NCBI GenBank assembly: GCA_963666055.2
Contig: CAXWPH010000014.1
Span: 352,001 to 416,000 of the forward strand
Direction: 5' to 3'
Source: Acidobacteriota bacterium
GTDB taxonomy: Bacteria; Acidobacteriota; UBA890; WLXD01
Length of the DNA: 64,000 nucleotides
The notes below the pieces were generated by a model, which did no database searches, was not told where the DNA came from, and saw only the letters and a list, made by a program, of their open reading frames with translations. Position 1 is the stretch's first letter. Every line of letters starts with the position of its first letter. This document shows, piece after piece, positions 51,158 to 62,080 of the stretch. A program made the translations under genes and the position numbers.

Positions 51158-53836
51158 ATGGAACCCGGCACCAAACTAGGCCCCTACGAAATCACCGAGC
51201 AGCTCGGTGCAGGCGGCATGGGAGAGGTGTACCTGGCGCAGGACACGCGGTTGGGCCGCAAGGTGGCCATCAAGGTGCTGCCCGCCGAGTTCGCCTCTGA
51301 CCCCGAGCGCCTCGCCCGCTTCGAGCAGGAAGCCCGCGCCGCCGCCGCCCTGAACCACCCGCACATCGCAGCCGTTCACGATGTGGGCGTCGAGGACGGC
51401 ACCCACTTCATGGTGCAGGAGTACCTGGAGGGAGACACGCTCCGGGAGCCGCTGGGAAAGGGTGCGCTACCGCTCAAGAAGGCGCTCGGTCTGGCCACTG
51501 AGATTGCCGAGGCACTCGCTGCTGCACACGCCGCCGGGATCATCCACCGGGATTTGTAGCCGGAGAACATCTTCGTCACCAAGGAAGGCCACGCCAAGGT
51601 GCTGGACTTCGGCCTGGCGAAGCTCACCGAGGTGGCGGGGGCAGGCTCACCGGGCGGTGCAACACAGTCACCCACGATGATGGGGACGGTTGCTGGTCAG
51701 GTGATGGGCACCGTCGGCTACATGGCCCCGGAGCAGGTTGAGGGCTCCGACAAGATCGATCATCGGGCCGACCTGTTCGCTTTCGGCTGTGTGCTCTATG
51801 AGATGGCGACTGGAGATCGAGCATTCGCCGGGCGCAGCATCGCCGAGACGCTGGCACACATCCAGCACGATGACCCGCCGCCGATTCAGGATTCCGAGCA
51901 GTCTCTGCCCGACGAGCTGCAACGCATCGTACGCAAGTCGCTCGCCAAGGAGCCCGCCAAGCGTTACCAGACAGCCGGCGACCTGGTCGTCGACATACAG
52001 GCGCTCGGTACAGACGTGGAGTCAGGTGCGGCACTTCCGGCAACCCCTGTCGCCCAGGACACGACACGCGGCATCCCCTGGAAGCTGGCAGCCCCTGTGG
52101 CCAGCGCCCTTCTGGCAGCTTTCGGAGTCTGGGTCACGACCCCGTCGCCGCCTGAGTCCATCGTTCGCCGCTTCTTCATCGACCATCCACCAGAAGCTAC
52201 TTTCCAGATGATTTCCACCCTCGGTGTTGCAATCTCACCCGATGGCAAGTCGGTGGTATTCAACGCCAACCGGCAGCTTTGGCTCCGAGCGATTGACGAT
52301 CCGGTAGCCACACCCATCCGTGGCACGGAGGGAGCCACAGTGCCGTTCTTTTCACCCGATGGCCAACAGCTCGGCTTTTGGGGAGGCGACGGCCAGATCA
52401 AGAGCGTTTCGATCACCGGTGGTACGCCGGTGTTGCTGGGGCCAGCGCCTGTGCGTGCCTACGGGGCGAGCTGGGGAGATGACGGCTACATCTACTTCGG
52501 GCAGGGTGCCGGAGGGATCTTGCGTGTCTCAGACAACGGCGGTGAACCACAGCTAGTCGTTCAGATGGAAGAAAGCGAGCAGGCCCACGGCCCACAACTT
52601 CTTCCCGGTGGCGAGTGGTTGCTGTTTACGCTGGCGAGCGGCTCCAACTCGTGGAACGGGGCGAGCATTGTTGCGCAGCCGGTCTCCGGCGGCGAGCGCA
52701 AGAAGCTGGGCATTGTCGGCACCGATGCCCGCTACGTACCCACCGGCCACATCGTCTATTCGCTCGCAGGCAACCTGTTCGCGGTGCCTTTCGATGCAGA
52801 CAGCATCGAGATTACCGGAGGACCGGTGTCGATCGTCGAGGGGGTCCAACAAGCGACCGGCATCACGGGAGCAAGCCAGTACTCCTTTTCGGATCGCGGT
52901 GGGTTGGTGTACATGCCGGGTGGTAGCGGCGCTTACCAGCTCGCCTGGGTGGGTCGTAACGGTCAAGTCGACCCGCTGCCCTTCGAGCCGCGTTCGTCTC
53001 TCAACTTGGACCTCTCGCCGGATGGCCAGCGCATCGCGCTCGAAATCCAGGGAGATGATGGGGAGTCCGACATCTGGATCTACGAGGTCGAGCGAGGAGG
53101 CAGCCAGGTGGTGCTGACCACGGCGGGCAACAACCAACATCCCGTTTGGTCGCCCGATGGAGAGTGGGTTTTCTTCAGGTCGGATCGGAGCGGCAATAAC
53201 GACATCTGGAAGCGGCGGGCTGACCGGAGTCTCGACGCCGAGCTGGTGTTGGATACAGAGGCTCCCGTCTCACCGTCGTCGATCTCGGCGGACGGTGCGG
53301 TGCTGCTGTTTGACAGCGGGGTCTTATCGAATCTCGACGTGGGGTTACTGGCTCTCGATACAGATCAGGAGCCGGAAATGCTCCTCGCTACCGCCGCCGA
53401 TGAGGACAGAGGCGATTTCTCGCCGGACGGTCGCTTCTTCGCCTTCCGGTCGAACGAGACCGGACAACCCTCGGTGTATGTACGGGAAGTGTCGAGCGGT
53501 CGGACATTTCCGGTCTCTACGAGTACCCGTGGTGGTGGTTACCCTCGCTGGTCGCGGGATGGAAGGGAGATTTACTACGGCGCCCTCGGAGCTGGTGGCA
53601 TCCTGGTTGCGGAAGTGACGATGGAGCCGTTTTCAGCATCCGACCCTCTCGAACTCTCAGCCACCCGCAGGCGTCGCTTCGTCAACTTCGATGTCACCGC
53701 CGATGGACAGAGGTTCCTGGTGACGGTGCCCGCTGGTAGTGATGAGACTGGCGCGCCGGCATACGGCACACGACTCAACGTCGTCCTCAACTGGTTCGAG
53801 GAATTGAACCGGCTAGTGCCGACGGGCGGCTCCTGA
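51158..53836 (+). pseudogene. Ser/Thr kinase - TM - TolB-like (PD40) beta-propeller, copy 1, with in-frame TAG at 51557-51559
   Basis: GAGGMG, VAIK, HRDL*PEN, DFG, YMAPE; repeated SPDG blades; both ORF pieces are in the same frame. Confidence 0.88.
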
Positions 53837-53955
53837 TGGTCGGCAAGACGCTCGGCCACTACGAGATCCTCGCCCCGCTAGGTGCAGGCGGGATGGGCCA
53901 GGTGTACCGCGCACGCGACACGACGCTGGACGCCCTTGCGGCAGCGGGGGTGTAA
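53836..53955 (+). pseudogene. Orphan 5' tip of a kinase gene (MVGKTLGHYEILAPLGAGGMGQVYRARDTTLD, then stop)
   Basis: Manual translation; TGATG coupling to copy 1; homology ends near 53931. Confidence 0.8.
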
Positions 53956-54010
53956 CCGATTGAATCGGAGGTGGGGTGGCCGAACCGCCGCGTCACCGCG
54001 GGAGGCCCTG

Positions 54011-54592
54011 ATGTTGAATGGCAAGCATTGTCGATTGGCATCGACCATGGCCGCGCTGGTGGTGTTGTTCGCCGCACCGGTCACGGCCGACACCATCTAC
54101 TTGAAGTCCGGCCGCATGCTTCATACGGACGAGGCCCGCGTCGAGGGCGATCGCGTGATCTTCACCCAGTTCGGCGCCACCGCTGCGCTGTCCATGGAGC
54201 TGGTTGACCGCGTCGAGGACAACGACGAGATCGGCCCGGTGCCGTCGCCGCCGATGCCCGTTCGTCCGGTGCCTTCTGCCGGCGAGGACGTGGCCGCGGA
54301 TACGGAAACGGTGGCCGAAACGCCGTTGGCCGAGGACACTCGCGAGTACTGGTTCGGGAAGCGGATGGCGATCCGCGACGAACGCGCCGAGTTGCGCGAT
54401 CTACTGGCCGGACCACTGGACGGAGGGCTGCGGCGCATGCGCCGCGCGATGACGTTCGGGCACTACAACCTCACCGGCATCAACGAGCGCATCCAGCGCG
54501 TCGAGGACCGGCTCGAGGAGCTCGACGAGGAGGAGCGGCGATTGCGTCGTGAGGCTCGCCGCCGCGGCATCCCGCCAGGCTGGCTGCGCTAG
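54011..54592 (+). CDS. Hypothetical secreted protein with C-terminal coiled coil
   Basis: GGAGG RBS; signal peptide ending VTA-DTIYLKSGR; ends GIPPGWLR. Confidence 0.7.
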   Translation: MLNGKHCRLASTMAALVVLFAAPVTADTIYLKSGRMLHTDEARVEGDRVIFTQFGATAALSMELVDRVEDNDEIGPVPSPPMPVRPVPSAGEDVAADTETVAETPLAEDTREYWFGKRMAIRDERAELRDLLAGPLDGGLRRMRRAMTFGHYNLTGINERIQRVEDRLEELDEEERRLRREARRRGIPPGWLR

Positions 54593-54721
54593 ATCACCCG
54601 CCGCACCGACGGCGTGAGGACGCGGCTGCCCGTCGAGCGGGGCTCGTCTACCAGCTGCATTGGCGGCCGTCATTCTGCTCGTGGAACCACTCCTGCATGG
54701 CAATCGTGCGGCACAGGAAGG

Positions 54722-54787
54722 AACCGGGTAAACATCGTCACCAACTGGTTCGAGGAGCTGAAGCAGCTCGTGCCGACGGACCCGTAG
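54722..54787 (+). pseudogene. Orphan 3' tip of a kinase-propeller gene (NRVNIVTNWFEELKQLVPTDP-stop)
   Basis: Matches the conserved C-termini of the three full copies. Confidence 0.8.
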
Positions 54788-54823
54788 CGCTGTCAGCCTA
54801 GTCTCGCAAGCAGCGCCAGCTCT

Positions 54824-55342
54824 CTATCTCGTCCCCGCATAACCCCTCAGGCCGTCATACACTTCGACTTGGGACGCTTCGAGCAGGCTCCCGACCGCCA
54901 GATGGGCGACCAGGTGCGCAAAACGCAGCCGACCGTAAAGCTCGGCGATTGATGCCGTGGACTCGCGCAGTGCCGCTTCATCGACGTGACGGTGTGCGAA
55001 CTGCATGTTGAGGTGCCGCTCGGCCTCGATGATCTGCTCGCCGAGGTCGCGGGCCCGTTGCTGCATCTCGGCGAAGATCTCCTCGGCTCGTGTCTGCTGC
55101 TCGGGTGTTAGCCCGAGCTCAGGGGCGAGTTCGAGGACGTGCTTGGGCCCCGGGAAGTGATTCAGCTCGGCTGGCCTGGCTAAGCCCATCCCGTCGCCGT
55201 TGCGTAGCTGCTCAAGTTCGGTCGGCGTGAGGGAGGGAATTTCGGACATCTCATGTGCGGCGTGGAGCGAGCGCGGGGACTGCTCCTGGGCGATTCCCGC
55301 AATGGGAGGCGCGATGACAAGGAAGATCAACCAAGTGCGCAT
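54824..55342 (-). CDS. Spy/CpxP-like periplasmic protein
   Basis: Signal peptide; GMGLARPAELNHFPGPKHVL, LGLTPEQ, HL...LL...Q..Y..LRGY. Confidence 0.75.
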   Translation of the reverse strand: MRTWLIFLVIAPPIAGIAQEQSPRSLHAAHEMSEIPSLTPTELEQLRNGDGMGLARPAELNHFPGPKHVLELAPELGLTPEQQTRAEEIFAEMQQRARDLGEQIIEAERHLNMQFAHRHVDEAALRESTASIAELYGRLRFAHLVAHLAVGSLLEASQVEVYDGLRGYAGTR

Positions 55343-55446
55343 GTTTCCTCCGGTGTGAGGGCTACGTTGTTACAGTTCACTGGTGTCGTCTGGTCAAGAC
55401 GCTATTCGGCGCTGTGCGCCGTGTCTGGAACAAAAGTCACATTCAC

Positions 55447-56124
55447 ATGATGGGAATCGAACGGCTCGCCGAGATCCCTCTGTTCGCCGGTTTGAGCGAA
55501 TCGGCGCGCTGCGAACTCGCTGGCGGCGCCGTGGAGCGCGAGTTTGCCCGTGGCGAGACGATCTGGCTGGAGGGCGATGAGCCGCGCGGTTTGTTCTTCG
55601 TCGTATCGGGTCAGGTGCGGATTCTGGGCTCCCGCGGAGCGAGGCAATACGTGGTGCACACAGAGAGGACGGGCGCTACGCTGGGTGAAGTGCCGTTGTT
55701 CGCCCCTGGTGGATACCCAGCCACTGCGGTGGCGGCAGCGCCGACGCGCTGCATCGTCATCGGCATGCGCCCGCTTCGTGCCGCCATGGCGGCGGATCCG
55801 GTGTTAGCTTGGGTTCTGCTCGAGGGGCTCGCCCGTCGCGTGCGGCTGCTCGCGGCGCGGCTCGAGTCGCTCACGGCGGGAACTGTGCGCTCACGCCTGG
55901 CCGACTATCTGCTCGATCGGCTAGCGTTAGCACCCTCCGACTCCATCGAGCTCGGCGGCACACAAGAGGAGCTCGCCGAGGAGCTGGGGACCGTGCGCGA
56001 GGTCGTAGTCCGCGAGCTCGCGGGCTTGCGCCGGGAGAGGATACTCGAAGCCACCGGGCGCGGCGGTTTCCGCGTCGCCGACCCGGACAGGCTCGACAGT
56101 ATCGCCCGGCAAGACGACGGGTAA
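55447..56124 (+). CDS. Crp/Fnr-family transcriptional regulator
   Basis: cNMP-binding fold (EGD, VVSGQV, LGE) plus HTH TQEELAEELGTVREVVVR. Confidence 0.92.
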   Translation: MMGIERLAEIPLFAGLSESARCELAGGAVEREFARGETIWLEGDEPRGLFFVVSGQVRILGSRGARQYVVHTERTGATLGEVPLFAPGGYPATAVAAAPTRCIVIGMRPLRAAMAADPVLAWVLLEGLARRVRLLAARLESLTAGTVRSRLADYLLDRLALAPSDSIELGGTQEELAEELGTVREVVVRELAGLRRERILEATGRGGFRVADPDRLDSIARQDDG

Positions 56125-56176
56125 CGGCGTAGTAACGGTGCCGTCCGCTTGCGTCTGCTGTTGGCTCTCGAACGGT

Positions 56177-56222
56177 CCAGCGATAGGCTTCAGGCGCTCT
56201 CCCACCCCTCTGTGGTATCGCT
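56177..56222 (+). promoter_or_regulatory. Conserved upstream motif of kinase genes, copy 2
   Basis: TCCAGCGATAGGCTTCAGGCGCTCTCCCACC...TGGTATCGCT-ATG. Confidence 0.7.
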
Positions 56223-58866
56223 ATGGAACCCGGCACCAAGCTAGGCCACTACGAGATCGTCTCCCCGCTCGGTGCAGGCGGTATGGGCGAGGTATACCGA
56301 GCCCGCGACACGACGCTGGATCGTGATGTCGCCATCAAGGTGCTGCCGGAAGACTTCGCAAGCGATGCCAACAGGCTCGCCCGATTCGAGCGCGAAGCGA
56401 AGCTACTCGCCTCGCTGAACCACCCCAACATCGCCACGATCTTCGGGTTCGAGGAATCCGACGGGGTGCGCTTCATCGCCATGGAGCTGGTCGAGGGCCA
56501 AACCCTCGCCGAGCGCATTGAAGCCTCCGGACGCATCGAGTTCGACGAGGCGCTAGAGATCGCCCGGCGGATCGCCTTTGGCGCTAGAAGCAGCTCACGA
56601 GGCCGGCGTGATCCACCGCGACCTGAAGCCCGCCAACGTGCAGGTAGCAACCGCTGGCACCGTCAAGGTGCTCGATTTCGGGCTGGCCAAACCCCTTGAT
56701 CCCCAGGGGGCACCGGATCCGAGCGAATCGCCCACGATGATGGCGGCTACCGGGGCCGGCATGATCATGGGCACGGCTCCCTACATGAGCCCGGAGCAGG
56801 CACGGGGTCAGCCGGTCGATAAGCGGAGCGATATTTGGTCGTTTGGCTGTGTGCTGTACGAGATGTTGGCGGGGAAGCCGCCGTTTTCTGGCGAGACGGC
56901 CAGCGATGTCATGGCGGCGATCATCAAGGAGGAACCGGAGTGGGCATCGCTTCCGGAGGCCACACCGAGTGCACTCAGGCGACTCCTTGACCGATGTCTC
57001 ACGAAGGATCCGCATGAACGTCTCCACGACATTGCGGATGCTCGTATCGAAGTCAAACGCGCTATCGACGATCCAGAAGGCGGTATGTCTCGAGCAGACG
57101 GATCCGGTGAGGTCACGAAGCCCTTGTCGTACTTGGGTATCGGTCTTGCGGGCTTGGCAGCAGGGGCAGCGTTGGTGCTGGTGATCATGGGATGGTCAAC
57201 GGGTTCCTCGAGCACGGGCGGTGCGCCACGCCATGTCCGGCTGGCCGACATAGAAGGGTTGACCTACAGCCGGGACCAGATACAGATCGCCATCTCGCCG
57301 GACGGACGGCGCCTGGCGTTTACTCCGGTCGACGCTCCGATTCAGGTTCTCGACTTGGCCCTAGGCGACGAATTCGAACCGATTCCCGGCACGGAGGGCG
57401 CTATGAGCCCGTTCTTTTCGCCTGCCGGGCAACTCGGTTTCCAAGCGGTGAACAATCGGCTCACGTTGATTCCCCAAGGAGGCGGTCGTCCGCAGGCGGT
57501 TCCTGGGGCGACCTCAGCAAGGCTCACCGGCGCCTCGTGGTCTGGTGACGATCGGATCCTGTTCACTCCCGCCTTCGGAGGTACCGTAATGCAGGTGCCG
57601 GTCAAGGGCGGAACTCCTGAGCCGCTGTTCGAGTTCGAAGAAGGGGAGATCTCTCACAGCGGCGTGTCGATGCTGCCCGATGGCGAGCACGTGCTCTACA
57701 GCTTCTGGGACACGGATTGGCGAATCGGTGTCAGGTCTTTGACCAGCGGGCGCCGAACGATCGTGGTCGACCGCGGGCAGGCGCCGCGTTTCGCTCCCAC
57801 GGGGCACCTGGTGTTCGTTCGGGGCGACGCGCTGATGGCGGCGATGTTCGATCCGGACACTCTGGAAACCGGCGAGCCCATCCAGCTCCTCGATGGCGTT
57901 TTGGCGAGGGAATCCGACGGTGTGGCCGCCTATGCGTTCTCTGCCGAGGGCACCCTGGTCTATCTGGTGGCCGCTGGCGATCCTGAAGCGCGCTTGCTTC
58001 GGTTCGACTTCGACGGCGGGGTTCGGCCACTAAGTGACGTCCGCGCCGACTTTGGCACCGCTGACTACGGCGACCTGGACCTCTCGCCAGATGGGCAGCG
58101 GCTGGCCATCGCGATCAACGATCCTATCGAGGGCGAGGAGGTCTGGGTCTATGATCTCGACCGCGACGACATGGTGCCGATCGCCCAGGGCGAAGCCTGG
58201 GACCACTTTCCGGTCTTCTCGCCGGACGGGCAGAGGATCGCCTACTCGTCCGAACGGCTCGGGTCCGGGGACGTTTTCTTCCGCGCTGCCGACGGCAGCG
58301 GGCCGGAGACAGCAGCCATCGTCGGGCCGGTCTACAAGCAGGTCCGGTCATGGTCGCCCGACGGCCTGATCGCCGTGAGCCAGCGATCGAGGGAGAGCGA
58401 AGATACTTGGGTCTACCCCCTGGACGATCCTGACGCAGGGGCGCCTTTCGTGGCGACGATCGCCGACGAAGATCTTGCGAGATTCTCACCGGACGGCCGC
58501 TACATCGTCTACCAGTCGGACAAGACAGGCCGCAACGAAATCTACGTCGCGCCCTACCCGTCAGGACCTGATGTTTACGAGTGGAAGGTCACAACCGGCG
58601 GCGGCCTGCTGCCTCGATGGTCTGAAGATGGCACGCAGATCTTCTACCGGTCCGGCGCCAGCATCTTCGTTGCCGACGTCGTCGAAGAGGACCGGCTGCG
58701 CACTACATCGCCCCTACTTCTCCTGGAAGGCGTCGGGGATGGCGACTGGGACGTGTCCTCAGAGCGTCGGTTCTTGATCGCCGTGGAACCCCGCGATCTG
58801 CCGCAACCACACATGGTGTTCAATTGGTTCGAGGAGCTGAAACGCTTGGTGCCAACAGACCCTTAG
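56223..58866 (+). pseudogene. Ser/Thr kinase - TM - TolB-like beta-propeller, copy 2, with +1 frameshift at ~56578
   Basis: ATCGCCTTTGGCG versus copy 3 ATCGCCCTGGCG; kinase motifs continue in the shifted frame (HRDLKPAN, DFG). Confidence 0.88.
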
Positions 58867-59036
58867 CACGGCGTGGTGGAAGTGTGGCGGGCCTGGTTGC
58901 GGCGAGTTGGGGCCAGTTGGAATTCGGCCTGACGCTGGCGATGCTGCCGCGATCGTCGAGGAAGGCCAACGCCGCAGATAGCCCCAAATCGCCGTAACCC
59001 TTCGGGCGACAGGCCCGCCACACTTCCACGACGGCC
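58864..59036. mobile_element. Palindromic MITE/REP-like element, longest copy in the window
   Basis: Perfect 20-bp inverted repeat (58876-58895 / 59010-59029) plus a 17/19 inner inverted repeat (58895-58913 / 58981-58999); related copies at 13276 and 30542. Confidence 0.65.
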
Positions 59037-59241
59037 ACCCAGCGACCTTCGGTTCCGCTCGTCCGCAATGCCAGGACAGACACCAGTCATATATCTGTTT
59101 AAGAGCCCCGAGAAGGCCCCTCTACGGGCCGCCGGCAGCGTCACCGGCACTTCGGGCACTTCGGGGTCGACGGTCCGTCCGTGGACGTTAGAGGGCCACT
59201 GAGAGGCGGCATTCCGGCTTGTCCCGTGGACCCTCACCTGC

Positions 59242-59288
59242 CCTGGCGATAGGCTTCAGGCGCTCACCCACCCACCTCTGGTAACGCC
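59242..59288 (+). promoter_or_regulatory. Conserved upstream motif of kinase genes, copy 3
   Basis: GCGATAGGCTTCAGGCGCTCACCCACC...TGGTAACGCC-ATG. Confidence 0.7.
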
Positions 59289-61975
59289 ATGGAACCCGGC
59301 ACCAAACTAGGCCCCTACGAGATCACCGAGCAGCTCGGCGCTGGCGGGATGGGTGAGGTGTACCGCGCTCGCGACACCAGCCTTGACCGCGATGTCGCCA
59401 TCAAGGTGCTGCCGGAAGACTTCGCAAGCGATGCTGTCCGGCTGGCACGGTTCGAGCGCGAAGCCAAGCTGCTCGCCTCCCTCAACCATCCCAACATCGC
59501 CACCATCCATGGGTTCGATGAGTCGGACGGTGTGCGCTTCATCGCCATGGAGCTGATCGAGGGTCAGAGCCTCGCCGAGCGGATAGAAGCCAGTGGCCGC
59601 ATAGATGTCGATGAGGCGTTAGAGATCGCTCGCCGGATCGCCCTGGCGCTCGAAGCCGCTCACGAGGCCGGCGTCATCCATCGTGATCTCAAGCCTGCCA
59701 ACGTGCAGGTCGCACCCGATGGCACCGTCAAGGTGCTCGATTTCGGGCTGGCCAAAGCCTACGAAGCGGAAGGCGGCGATCCGTCGTCCGACCTGAGCCA
59801 CTCGCCGACGATGATGGCCGCCACCGGCACTGGCGTGATCATGGGCACCGCTCCATACATGAGTCCCGAGCAGGCGCGTGGTCTGCCCGTCGACAAGCGC
59901 ACCGACATCTGGTCGTTCGGTTGCGTGCTCTACGAGATGCTCACGGGCAAGGCCGCGTTCGGTGGCAAGACCGTCAGCGACGTCATCGCCGCAATCATCG
60001 AGCGTGAGCCTGCCTGGGAGGCCGTGCCGAGAGCCACTCCGGCGATCGTCCAGCACGTCCTGCGCCGCTGCTTGGAGAAAGATCCGTCCCAACGTCTACG
60101 GGACATTGGCGATGCCCGCATCGAGATCATGAACACCATGGCGGGGTCCGATGTGGGCGTCGGTCTGACCGCTGGCCGCGCCGAGGCGACGCGGCCTTCA
60201 TGGTTGCGCGCAATACCTACACCCGTGGCGCTCGCCATGGCCGCGACAACTGCAGTGGCGGCGTGGGTACTGTCAGGCCCCGGCGGGGAGCCTCGTGAAG
60301 CCGTAGTGGTCGCCAGGTCCAGCATCGCTACTTCCGCGGACGTTCGGCTGCAGCACGCCGTAGCTCCTTCGCCACTGGCGATCGCGCCCGACGGTACGCA
60401 CCTGGTGTATGTGGGGGTCGATGACGGTATCAGCCGGCTTTACCTGCGCCCCATCCATGGGCTGTCAGCGACCCCTCTGAACGGCACCGAGGGCGCCTAC
60501 GGGCCGTTCTTCTCGCCGGATAGCGAGTGGTCGGCTTTGCCGCCGATGGCAGGTTGTTGAAGATCTCGGTCACCGGCGGGCCCCCGCTGCCAATCACCGA
60601 CGTCGAGTTGCTCCGCGGAGCCAGCTGGGCTCTTGACGACACGATCATCCTGGCACCAGGTCTCGAACACGGTTTGATGCGAGTGCCCGCAGCGGGCGGT
60701 GAGCCAGAAGCCATCACGACCGTGGAGGGCAACGACTCTCACCGCTGGCCGCAGGTGTTACCAGATGGGAAGACGGTGTTGTTCAACATGCTGACCAGCG
60801 GCCGGTATGACCAGTCGGCGATCGCGTTGCTGTCCATGGAGACCGACGAGATCACGGTGCTGCCGGTGGTCGGAACAGACCCTCACTACGTCCCGCCCGG
60901 CTACCTCGTCTTTGGACGCGGTGAGTCGCTGTTCGCTGTTCCCTTCGACGTGGACCGGCTGGAGGTAACCGGGTCACCTGCGTCCGTGATCGAGGGCGTC
61001 CTGGTCACCGTCGCCGGCCCTGGCTCCGTGTACTTTGCCGTCGCCGACACCGGGACCGTCGTTTATATGCCAGCGCTTCCGAACGAGCACAGCCTAGTTC
61101 TGGTCGATCGGCAGGGCCGAGAACAGCCGCTTCCGCTGCAGCCAGGTGCGTTCTCAGAACCACGCTTCTCGCCCGACGGACGGCAGATCGCCTACGTCTT
61201 GGCGGATCAAACCGACATCTGGGTCCATGATCTGGATCGGGGGACAACCGATCGATTCACCACCGATGGGGCCGACGATTACTCGCCGCTCTGGGCAGCG
61301 GACGGCGAGAGCTTGATCTTCAGCTCCGATCGCGCTGGCTATGGGGATCTGTTCCGCAAGCTGACGACCGGTGGCCCCGTTGCGGAGGTGTTGGCAACCA
61401 GCGGGAACTACAGATACCCGACTTCCCTAAGCCCCGATGGGCGCTTCCTGTTGTACACCGAACAGAGTAGCGCCACCGACTTGGATGTCTGGGTGCTCGA
61501 CACGATGGAGCCGGACGACCCCAGGCCGCTCGTACAAACGGAGTTCATGGAAGCAGCGGCGAGCTTCTCACCTGACGGACGATGGATCGCCTATGCGTCG
61601 GATGAATCCGGCAGGTCCGAGGTCTACGTGACGCCGTTCTCAAGCCAGGGCAGGCGCGTGCGGATCTCCACCCAAGGCGGGGTTTCGCCGCTTTGGGGGC
61701 CAGATGGCCGCCAACTGTTCTTCTGGTCGAGCGCCGGCATGCTCATGTCTGTTGCGGTTTCGCCAGCGGGCGAGCTCACTGTGGGTGAAGCTCGACCGCT
61801 GTTTGGCGGCGCGTACCTCACAAGCGATGTCTTCGGCGCCGAGCGAACCTTCGACATCGCACCGGACGGGCAGAGCTTCGTAGTGATCCGGCAGGACGAT
61901 CAGGGGCTCGACGAGATGGTCCTGATCACCAACTGGTTCGACGAGCTGAAGCGGCTCGTGCCGACGGACCCGTAG
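59289..61975 (+). pseudogene. Ser/Thr kinase - TM - TolB-like beta-propeller, copy 3, with -1 frameshift at ~60530
   Basis: Intact kinase domain; GAGTGGTCGGC lacks one G relative to the expected SPDSEW-VGF blade. Confidence 0.88.
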
Positions 61976-62080
61976 CGCCCCTGAGCTGGCCGGCGCACAA
62001 CCGAACGCCCGATCTTGTGGGTAAGTTCGTGGATAATTGGCCACACCCGCTAAGGAGAGGTGGGCGATCATCTCTCCCGC

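Noticed and set aside
51557-51559. Pyrrolysine or recoded TAG at the kinase catalytic Lys
   Set aside because: TAG is a normal stop in many genes here, no pyl genes are present, and AAG>TAG is a single substitution.
62016-62036. Two DnaA-box-like 9-mers (TGTGGGTAA, CGTGGATAA)
   Set aside because: Each has a mismatch, there is no AT-rich unwinding region or dnaA/dnaN context, and it is insufficient for an origin call.
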